A DNA stretch of 64,000 nt, from NCBI GenBank assembly GCA_000934665.2, contig KZ538191.1, positions 1 to 64,000 of the forward strand. Reading direction: 5' to 3'. Below the pieces are notes generated by a model. It was not told the origin of the DNA and did not search any database. It saw nothing but the letters and a program-made list of their open reading frames with translations. The stretch is from Catajapyx aquilonaris (Eukaryota). Shown here one piece after another: positions 50,150 through 61,400 of this stretch (position 1 is its first letter; every line of letters begins with the position of its first letter). A program made the translations under genes and the position numbers.

Positions 50150-50830
50150 TATCAATTAGAGTTAAATAAATGTAAATAAAATAATTACTTCAAACGAAAC
50201 ATATACGTATTATATACATCTATACTGAATACAAATAAATTCAACGTAAAATTACGACGATTGACGTAAATTTAAAGAAATCAATTAAATCTAGAAATGT
50301 ACCAGATACGTATTTAAAATAGGCATACAAAATATACAAATACGTAAATTAAGGGGAGACAGGCAAAATGTCTAAATAAATAAATAATGAGCGATAACTA
50401 AATGAATATTAACTAAATAGTGTATGAACAATGATAACTAAATAGTAAAAAATAACTTAATAAATAATGAATAAACGAATAATTAATACTGAATTAACGA
50501 ATGATGAATAAATAAATAAATAATGAAAAATAAACAATAAATATATATAAATTAATAAAGAAAATAATGAATGAATTACTGCAAACAGTTTGCAGTTTCA
50601 TTCATTTTTATTGATATATTTATTTATTTACCATCATATTTTGTAAAGTTCAATTTATTGAATAAATTTAACTTTACAAAATATGATCGGATTTATTTAA
50701 AATAATTAAAATATTAACTGTTATTAACATTGCCTTGAAAGGTAGACCACGGAGAAACGTTGTGGTTTTAGTTTTACATAATAAATAATAAATACAAATA
50801 TTAAAATTGAATTATTTTGAATTTTATTTT
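50150..50830. repeat. AT-rich low-complexity block containing palindromes
   Basis: Very A/T-rich. Near-perfect 55-bp palindrome at 50633-50687 and another centred on actgcaaacagtttgcagt at ~50578-50596. Confidence 0.75.
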
Positions 50831-52199
50831 ATTTCATAAGGCAACTATTAATAACAAGTCAAATGTAATCGTTGTACTGTACACACACTCTGAAATATTT
50901 TTCCCACTACACTACTATACAGCCTCTAATTTCCGTTTTTTTATATGGGAAATTCCGGATAACATCTTCCGGAGATGTTACGCCCTCCCTCCTCTTCTAA
51001 ACGTTGGGGGAAAATACTATCATCGGGGGGAAAATCGTATGGGAAAAAATCAATCCCACCCTCCCCTCCCTCCTTCATTTGCACCCGGATTTCTTGAGGG
51101 AAAAATTCGTGGATGTGAAAGAAAATTTAGGGAGACATCCGGAACTCCATGTTTTTTCCCCTGAATAGACGCTTTTTTGAGAAAAAAAAAGGTTTTGTGA
51201 ATGCCCGCTAAAAAAGTTGGAAGGGAAGATTTTTTTCCCACAAACAAGACAGCAGATCTTTTTTTAAAGCTTAGAAAAAAGGGCGGGTTTGAAGGGGAAG
51301 GAAAAAACCGGGTTTTGTCGCGAATTTGATGAGGGGTAAAGGGAATCCGGATTCGGGTAGGGAAAGAGTGTGAACCAGGTTTTTTCTCCCCAAAAAACCT
51401 GAGGGTTGTTCTGTTTTTTAAAAGGGCTGTGATTACGTTCGAGCTTTTTTTAAAAAAAAAATTGTGAAAAGAGTGAGATTTATGTGGGAAAAAAACCGGA
51501 TGGTAAGCTGTAACGGATTTTTTTTTCCAGTACATTTTTTTGGGGGGATGTCATATAGTGTGACACCTTCATGCGAAAGTCCGGTTATTAAAATGGCAAG
51601 AGACGACAGTCGCACTGACACATTAACCTCCTCACAAGACTTATTTCCGTCTTGAGCCCTCCATTTTCCAAGCCAGAAACCGGTTCTTGGGTTGCATGAA
51701 TCCAAATCGATGCTGACATTTACCTGTCGCTAAAGGCGGCATAAAATATATACCTAAGTGCACATCTGTCACTTTTTTTTTCAAAAAAAAAAAAACGTGT
51801 CGCATTTCATATTTTTTTAAAGGAAGAAGAGACGTCTTATGTTCTGATGCTTTGGTCGCTTCTGGAAATTGGACTCTTGTTCCTAGGGTGCCATCACGTC
51901 TGCTTGAGGCTTACACAATAGCCCCCCNNNNNNNATCCAACTTGGCGAAACTAGTGCTGGGCGATTTATCTCCGTATGTGGCATGTCATCTGATCCGGAA
52001 CCCTGCATTGTTGCAGGCTACTATTAGAAGCGGTGGACCATTGTGCGAGGCTCTACCGGAATAATGGGAAGGGTGCAAATTGGACTTGCCCAGTTTTGAC
52101 TCCAAGAGAAGGGTGAAAAAATGTCCTGTAATTGGTAATATTATCTAGGAATTTCTAGCAAGTCCAATAAACTATTTCCTGGCTGCATAAGCATTGTAC

Positions 52200-52981
52200 A
52201 CGCAATAATGCTGATTTTCTTGGAAATAAAATTTTCGAGTGCAAATTTCACTCAAAAAGAATAAAAATTCGCATTATCAGCGAATTTCACTCCGGAATGA
52301 TTTACTTGAACTTGGAATATTACTCGAAAGAATAGGAGTGAATATTTTCCACTCGAGTGATCCAGTGATTTCCACTCAAAAAGAGTGTGGGTCAAATCAA
52401 GTAGGCGAAAAGAGTGAAAACCATTCAAATCGGCAAGCACTGCACTTGCAATAATGCTGATTTTCTTGTTAATAACATTTTCGAGTGCAAATTTAACTCC
52501 GGAAAGATTTACTTTAACTCTAATCGAGTGGAATATTACTCGAAAGAATAAGAAAATGAGTGAGCGAAATTTTTTGAGTACACACTCAAAAAGAGTGGGA
52601 GTTAAATCAAGTAGGCGAAAATAGTGAAAATCACTCAAATCGGTAAGCACTGTACTCGCAATAATGCTGATTTTATTGTAAATATATTTTACCGACAGCT
52701 ATAACCGAGAGTAAGACTACATTAAAACTTGCACTCAACAAGGGAGTAATATATTTCGCAAAATGCTCTTTTTTAGCGGGTTTTACTCCGGAAAGATTTA
52801 CTCTAACTCTAATCGAGTGGAACATTACTCGAAAGAATAAGAGTGAAAATAGTTGAGCGAAATTTTTCCACTCAAGTGATCGCGTGATTTCCACTGAAAA
52901 AGAGCCGGAGTCAAATCAAGTAGGCGAAAGAGTGAAAATAACTCAAATCGAGTGGAAAAACACTCGAAATTATTAAGAGTG
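52200..52981. mobile_element. Family A element with internal ~210-310 bp tandem units
   Basis: aataatgctgatttt recurs at 52204, 52450 and 52660. aaatcaagtaggcgaaa recurs at ~52394, 52604 and 52913. Family A right terminus at 52981. Confidence 0.7.
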
Positions 52982-53029
52982 CTTAACCGAAAGCCTTACA
53001 ACTTATTTATTATTATTAAATATATCGTA

Positions 53030-53210
53030 CAGTTTAATCCGGATGTAGCAGCCTCGACTATAACAGCCTCGGCTCTAACAGCCTCGGTTATAACAGACTT
53101 TCGGTTATAACAGACTCGAAAGGCCTGTCCCGGGAATCTTCCACATGATTCGGCTAGAACAGACTGATTTCCGCGGTCCCTTGAAGTCTGTTATATCCGG
53201 ATTTCAACTG
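53030..53210. mobile_element. pogo/Tigger-like MITE
   Basis: TA|cagtttaatccggat ... atccggatttcaactg|TA, with tandem subterminal taacag(c/a)ct repeats. Confidence 0.7.
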
Positions 53211-54054
53211 TATTAACCATTATTACTGTAGCCCCTCTAGCGGCTGGTCCAGCATTAATCCCCCAGTTGCCGGAGTGCCATCTAGAGTCGAATCCAAGAA
53301 GAGAGTACATATTTACTCTGAATGTGTCCGAATCCCTAGTGACGTACGTCCTGAGCTCTAATTACCGACGAAGCTCATTAACCAGTGGACGGGCACACGC
53401 CGGAATGCATTTCTCCATCCGCATTCATACCAATGACTCTAGAGAGAGCATAGCCGTCCAGAGGAAGGAACAGGAGTCAAGTTTTGGCGTGCGGTGAATT
53501 TCACCTCGTGCTTTTGGCTAATGGAGGTGGAAGGGTGGGTGGGTGGGGATGGGGGGGGGGGGGGNGGGGGGGGGGGATGGGAGGGAAATATCCCGGGTTC
53601 CATGCAAATGCGGCCGGAAAAGAGAGATGGATCTAAAACCTGAGGGATGAGCCCCCGTGATTTCCAGGCAGACGTGAAAGTGAAGATTCGAAGTGCACCT
53701 CCCCCATAATAGAGTATCATCTGGTTCTGGTGTGCCATAACCCTATGGTCGACTCATAGGCGAACCTGGGCACGCCCGACTTTCCCTGGTTGTATGCATA
53801 CGGCTTGGAAATAATTATAGATGACTATAGAAAACTTCCAAGAGTCGATTATATGCGGATGAGAAAGGATCCCTTCCATACAATAAATTGTAGTCGAATT
53901 AATTGGATAAAAAAAGTGAAATAGTTTATAAGTTCTTCGCAAGGGAATTACAGAATGAAAGGGGTAGAAGTTGCTATGGTAACCCCGTTACCATGGCGAC
54001 ACACTGGGGCTGTATGGGAAATGGGACACACAGACAAACTTTCCATTTTATATA

Positions 54055-54360
54055 CAGTGTGTTCCAAATTCGTGGGTCGTTTTTTATAACTGATATCGCC
54101 CGATAGGAGTTATTGTTTGTAGTTTGTTGTTCTCTTAACCAGGTGCCCCATTCTACAGTATATATTAACTGCTATATTCGACTCACAAGCGGTCTAAAGT
54201 CGAATGTAGCAGTGGCTATAGAATACGGGGTTGAATATAGCAGTTGCCATATAGAATGTGGGGCACCTGGTTATGGGCATGGGCACAACAAACTACAAAA
54301 ATAACTACTATCGGGCGATATCACTTATAAAAAAGCGACCCACGAATTCTGAACACCCTG
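54055..54360. mobile_element. Tc1/mariner-type MITE (family C)
   Basis: TA|cagtgtgttccaaattcgtgggtcg ... cgacccacgaattctgaacaccctg|TA, homologous to 15316-15535. Confidence 0.82.
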
Positions 54361-54522
54361 TAGGCGTTATTTATTTATTTATTTATGTAGACTATTTATA
54401 CATCCGTTCTTACAAGGGAATAGCGCTTTTAAATAGCTCCCCAATTTTTTCTAATAATTGAGTGATTTTTTTAGAGCACAATGACCATACCCGTTATTCG
54501 CCATATACTATTTTTAGCATAT

Positions 54523-54631
54523 GTGGAATTTTCGTCTCACTGATAGTTACTTCTAACTTAGCAGTACCATTGCCAACACTGGTAGTACTGTTAAGTTAGC
54601 AGTAACTATATCAGTGAGACGAAAATTCCAC
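54523..54631. mobile_element. Fold-back MITE (family B)
   Basis: gtggaattttcgtctcactgatagttact ... agtaactatatcagtgagacgaaaattccac. Confidence 0.8.
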
Positions 54632-55393
54632 CCCATATTTTTTGGCCTGAAAATTATTAACAGCTATTTTCACATTATTCTGACAATTCAGGTACCCTTA
54701 AAAGCTAACTACAGGCTGGAAAATCTCCCCAGCTCCATGCCAATTCCGTTAAAAACAGCGACTCAAAATGCAATAACGTGCTTGGACCAAGGCAACAAAA
54801 CCGTATTTGCAGCATCAATACAGCCCTTTCCAAGCTCCAGGCAACAAAAAAAGCAGCTTTAAAAGCTATAGAGCTATTTTCGCCTCCCTCTTTCGATGGG
54901 GGGGGGGGGGGNAGGCGGGGTGGATGGAAGTGAAATAGACAGATTACATTAACATTTTCAGCGAACCTTTTCGCAGCTTTCCCCGCGACTGCGATCCAAT
55001 CCAATACAAACCCTAGTACACATCCAAATCGTGCTCGAAATCCAGACTTCGAAATTATCGAACCCAAACTCCCTTCTCCTGTTTTTACCCCTCTAACTCT
55101 CTTTTAAAAAAAAACAGACGAGCATTAGCTTTATTAGCATTATTAAGCTAAAATGGGAGGTGGCTGTCAGAAGCACTACTAGCCACTCCCTTCAGGATTC
55201 ATTTCTCTTTTATTTTTTTTCCACGATTTTTCTGGAAGAGGCGTTTTAATAAATGGACAGCGGAAATGAGCAGCCAAATTACAGCTTCCAAGAAAGGCAC
55301 TCCCAGTAGTCTGAAAGTGAGTTAGGTAGCCGCGCGGTACAAACAAACTTTCCCCCATTATACTGTAAATTGGCAATGTAGTACCTCCTGGTA

Positions 55394-55447
55394 GTACACT
55401 CTTAACCATTTACCCTCTCTAGAGAAGGTAAATGGTTAAGAGTGTAC
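55394..55447. repeat. 54-bp near-perfect palindrome with TA-CACTCTTAA termini
   Basis: gtacactcttaaccatttacc-ctctctagagaa-ggtaaatggttaagagtgtac. Confidence 0.85.
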
Positions 55448-58400
55448 CATGCGCTATCTATGTGAGTGATATGGTACTGTGTGTACAGTGTGTCCCAGAA
55501 GGGTAGCCAGGTGCGCGATTCCAGGATATTTTCCACCGATACGGATCTGATCTGAGTAGATTGCGGAGCTGCGAAAGAAATTGGGGTTTGGGTGACTGGC
55601 CCTTGGGTGTTTGAGACTACGTGAGGGACTTGCTTTTGTGATGGTTGGTATAGTGGTGGTGGTGGAGTGATCAATGCGATCTGGGGGACCTTCGGAAAAA
55701 GGAGGTGACGTTGACGAAGTGAGCCGGAATGGGCCGGGCGCACGGAATGCAGCTCTAGTGATGGTGGGGGTCGGGTAAAAAGCTTAAGATGAGAGTGGTG
55801 GTTTTTTGGTAAATGACTTAGGGATGGAAGGGAATTTGGGGAGGAATATTTTGGCCAAAATTTTGTGCGAGGTGATTTTACAGGCATGTCGACGATGTGG
55901 CTGCCATAGCCGATAGCCTCATTTCAGCAGAGTATAGGCCATACATTTTTGAACAAAATTAATTTCGAATACATATTTAATTATTTACTTAATATTTGAT
56001 TAAATTATTGCTAAGTGTTTCTGTAGCATATTACATTTGCAATATTGACGATCTTCCACATATTGGGCCTGAAATGTGCGGACTGTCGAATATAGAGAAT
56101 GGCAAAAGTTCAGCCCCGGTTTAAAATTCCAGACACCTGTTCTTGTCGCCACCTGTTGATTTTAGTGCCTGCTCGTGCAAACTTTTTTTCGCACTTTTTT
56201 GTGGATGGCGAAAAAAATCACCTCTGGGAATATTCAGGCCCCCACAGACAAACACTAGCCATTGAATAACAATGCCTTTATGGAACACCCTGTACCTCCA
56301 AATTCCTTCATTTGGCCCATCTACTTTGAACCCAATGATTGATGAGAAGTGATGGGAAACACCGAAGGAAGGTTCCCCCCCCNCCCCCCCTCTAATTTCA
56401 CCACAATGCTGACAAGAGCTAGAGATTACATCGCTTCCCCCATTGAAACACAGGGTACATATAAAGAGTCATCGTCAAAAGGCCGAACCGCTTTTCAAAC
56501 CCACCCACACTCCTCTTTCTCTCTCTACAACCCCCATCCCCATCCACCACTTCCGAAACTTCTGTTCGAGTTTGAGGACCACGGAGGACTTCATTTTATG
56601 TTAGGGTTATACGGATGGCTGGCCGCTGACACGCCTTTCTGCAAACAAAAGACGCTTCGAGTATTTGTCATGTCACATTTCTGGACGTCTTCTGGGTTTG
56701 TTCCCTTGGCTCAACCATTCAGACTGATGAAAAGTTTTGGTGCGAATCGTACATCTTGCGGTGGCTGCTGCTGGATGAGCCTATGCCTAGAGGTACCGTC
56801 ACAGTCACACGCTTGTGTTGTCGACACTATAGAAGGCCCTTGTGTCTGGTCTCGAGGGAGTGCTTTGCGTCGGAACATTCATCACCGGATTCTGGTTTAT
56901 TGCGAATACCAGAGGAGCTTTGAATCAGTCGGTGAATGACTGAAGCTTTTTCATTATAAATGTTGTGTAAATGCCATACCCACTTATTCATGATGCTACC
57001 GCAACAGAACCCAGATCCACTTAATTTAATAAATTAATTAATGAACATGTTACCACCTACAATATTATTAACTTCCCATCATAAATTGGACATGATCATG
57101 CGCATGTGAAATCTGTGCCCATCCAAACAGTTCCACCAAAGATTTTCTCCTGTAAAACCGCAGGGTGAGTTTAAACGTATTCATTTACCACAACTGGTGT
57201 CACGTCCGCCGTCAGCCCCTGCTCACTTTTAGGACGCTTAGTGAAGCAGAATGAACTCTCCTGAACTGCGGTCATATCACCTCAGGAGACCGCTTCCATG
57301 CAGAGACCACCACCGAACACAAAAAAGTGTCGTCTTCACGCTCCGGCTACCAATACCAAAAAGGACCTTCGATTAGTCGTGGACTAGAAGCAATATAGCG
57401 AAGAAAAAAATTACTATGGGCTTATCCTCAGTACTAACGTGGGAAGTGTTTGCATGGTTTTTTTCGCGAAACGAATTGCGAAAAGCATCGTCGTCTCCTG
57501 ATTCGTCGCGGTCTTATGCTGCTGCAAGATGTCACTTTTATTTTTTTTTAAAAAAGAAAAAAAGTTGGTGCTAATTAGTAGGAAAGTTGTAATGACAACT
57601 TGTGGCGGTGGTGAGAATATAGGTTTTTTTTTAGAGTTGGTTTTTTTAAAAGGGGGTGTATGGCGAAGGGCTTGAAAAGGTTGAGGTTTGAGCTTGAGGT
57701 CGGCGGCCGCAGCTGGGGTTGGGATTTGAGGCGGTGGTGCCAAGCAAGGAGTTTCGCGGTTGTAATCTTGAGTCAGACCCAAGTGATTACAGGTAAAATT
57801 GAGAGATTAATCAGGAGAGGGTTGATGATCGCGACGCTGATTCGGGAGTGAATTATGGACTGATGAAGGGAATATGCATAATGGAGTAGCCTACGTCTTC
57901 TCATAATGGCGTCTTCATACAGGCACAAACGAGCACTAATTTCGAATCAGCACTATTATCATTTAAATTTCAATGTAATAAGTGGGAAATATTGTCATTT
58001 TCAATATAATATCGATATGATCAATTTTTTGCATAATATCGATATACAGTAATATATTGACAAGTATATATTGACAAAATCGATATAATATAGGCAATGT
58101 AATTTATTTCTATACTGTGCATATTACAATATATTTTCTCTAATATTTTTATATCGACACCGTATATTATGATTTTAAATATGCATCAATACGGTATATT
58201 ATGATTCTATGTAATATCGACACATACTGACATATAATATTGATAATATAATTTGATATAATATCGATATATTATAATGTTGATACATCGATATCATGTC
58301 ATTTCCTGCGTGATATCGATATAACAGTTATTTCGATCTAATTTTAATTTATAATTTTCAATATAAGGACATGCAGGTACTAGTAACAAACATATATTGC

Positions 58401-61400
58401 GTTCACTGAGATTGGCTGGTTTGTAACACGTGACTATATTGCCTTATATACATACATAGGCGACCACCTGCTGTGGAGCTGAAACAGGAGACATATCCAG
58501 ACACTTCCATCGTTCAGGTGCGATTAGACGTATGTGTCCCCACGGGGTCATTTCGAGGGCCGACTCAAATTGCCGTACACGCAGGCTTGCCCCGCCAGCA
58601 ATGATTATATTTTAATGTCAACAGGAACGCGTGCAAAAATAAAGGTCCCTGCAGACCCCCAGCACTTTGGCCCATAAATTGCATGAGTTGGCTTTGCAAA
58701 ATGCGTCACATTGCACAAAATAATCTGAATTTGTCGTCAAAAATTTTTCAACAGAGATTCATAGGTAGGACTATAGAAACCTCAACAGACTAGGATCAAT
58801 ATTTTGACTCCCAGAGGCGTCCAAGTCACCTCAAATTGACCCTGACATCATCTGCTTCAAAAAGATGGGGACAGACTTCCAACATCCATGGACCTTATGG
58901 TGACACCACCACGAGCAGCAAATCAATAGGGCAGATGTCACATGCTGTGCTACAGATCTGCTGTATATAGGGAGGTTGGATGAGTACAGAAAAAGAGCGT
59001 GACCGAAACCAGACCATTTTCCCAATACTCATCCTTATTGGTCCAGTGTTAATCGGCGTGAAGGTGAAATCAAAATGGCGTTGCCTGGCACCCCCCGTCG
59101 TGTCTCATTTTCTGGAAGCTGTTGGCCGTTATGTGGAAAGAGAGTTGCTTTTTTGTCGGGGTGGGTTGTGGGAAATTAACCAACCAAGTTTTCAACTACC
59201 TGCTGTCCTCTGGTTCTCCTTCAGTGGGTTCAGTTCTTTTTTAAGGGGGGGGGCCGAAGAACAGTTTTTGAACGTGAAAAGGTGACTATACCGGTGGTGG
59301 TATGGTTGTTCCAACAATGACTGGCTGGAAATGTGAGGGGTGGAAATTTTGTGGGAGGATATTTTTTAGGAGTCTAAAAATTGAGTGCGGTGTATGTAAC
59401 GGGGGATAGGGTTTGCTGAAATGCAGAGCAAACGGGAAAGTTGGTGTTATCACAGCTGGGTGGTACAAATTTAGTTCACACAGCAAGTACGGAAGTGGTC
59501 ATATTTACATTTTAAAGCACAAATAGGGACATGTGCATATGTGCTAATTTTTGACAACTTTTTTGGCTTTGGGTAGGGTTTTTAAAATGTAAAGTTAGCA
59601 CGACTTGTCATATGGCTTTGCCCCAATTTTTTTTCCTAACTTGGGTGTCAGGTTGCTCACACATTGTATTCCACATTGTGTAGTACAATAATGACACTAC
59701 CAAATCCCCCCGAATAAATCCCAGTCCTATTTTATCATTCGCACCCACTCAGCTTTGATGAATGCTGTCCCCGAAAAAAACGTAATACTAATCATAAAAT
59801 GGCTGGAGATTGGTTTGCTGAGAGGTCGTAATAGTTCTGGAATGTTGCGAATCTCGGGCCAGAGAAGTGGAGATGAGGAATCGTAACAATTCTTTTATCG
59901 GCACTTGAAGTTTTTTCCTTGTGCAACGACGCTAGACACCAAATCGACCAATTAAAACTCCCCCATGGAATGATAAATTGTCCTGTCCGGGGGGATATGA
60001 GATTCCCCCCATTTTCCACGGAGACGCATAAATCACCGGAGGAGAGAGAGAAGAGAGATCAATAATTTTAATTACAAAACGTACAAGGTATGACAAGCCC
60101 AGATTTCGGCTGGCTAAAAGGATAACAAATGAATCTGGGACTGCTTAGGAATGAATGGCTTCAGTTGTTTTTCTGCAAAATATTAGTTATTTTCCACATA
60201 CATTCTTTCACGTGTGTGAGCCACTGGGTGCAACACAATATGCAAAAGTGCTATTTTACCCAGGTTCTAGCTGCAGCATCAGACAATATTTTGAGTGGCT
60301 TAGTTTCCTCTAGGGGACGCAATTTTGAACTGCGTAAACACACTTTTCTAGGACTGAAAAAACGCACCGTTTTGTGCGACATCCAGCTCGCCTTGATGGT
60401 CATCGGTAAAAGGAAAAGGAACCTGAGGGCGGTAATGTCTTCTCGGTTCAACGGACACGTCTTTCTGTTTGTTCGAGTCGGATGGACGAGCAACACTTTG
60501 CCCCACATCATGTCTGCTCATTAGAGTGATCAAGAATCGAGGGGCGCGCTTGGATGACATTTTTTTTTCTTAAAAAAAGGTCAAATCAACAAAAGAAGTT
60601 CCGGAATAATATAAAAATGGCCATTTCCTTTTAGCAAATTTTGCCTCTCTTTTTTCGACTTCGAAAAAGCTACAGTGTTATACCTGCGCAACAAGTCTTC
60701 AAAAGAATGTGCTGAGCAATGGACGTGATCGTTTGCAGGCCCCCTTTTTGAGCCAAAAGGTTGTTGGGGAGAAAAACGCAACGTAGTTTAGCTTTGTTGC
60801 GAGAACAGATTGGCGCTGCTTTTGTGTGACGCTGATACGTTCCATCACCAGGTGAGATCCGGCGCTACCATCGACACGTGTTTACATTGCTTGAAAGTTG
60901 CTCGAAGGTGGGCTAATGGGGGGTTGTGTGTCAGTTGGTTGAAATATCACGCAATATTGGTTCTGTTTTTATTTTCATTTATTTATTTTGCACAATAATT
61001 GGCAGGGGGTCCTCCAGGAGAAATACTCATACAATTCAGAAATGGCATAATTTTACAATTTTTTCTTAAGCTGTTTGATATGTTTGTGTGTTTATTTGTT
61101 TGTGCTTGATAGTTGTTCTCATACGAGGACAGACCCCCCCTCCCCCACTTTGTCAGGTGGTGACACCTTTTGCCTCTGCGTGTTTACCCTGCCAGAAAGT
61201 TGTTCAAAGGAAACCTAAAGGTGTTCTTCTGTCCGTCGGTTTCATTGCTAGGGTCTCCCAATATCACGCGATATACATACCCACACATATTGTGACCTTT
61301 TTCCTTATTTCCTATAGGGAAGCCTTACTTCAAAGGCGTGCTCGTATCCCCAAGTGGGATGTGCTTATAAAATAGGGAGGTGGAGGCTTGCAGGCAAACA

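Noticed and set aside
56349..56939. 196-aa plus-strand ORF
   Set aside because: Spans an N-containing poly-C tract, with no recognisable domain or splice signals.
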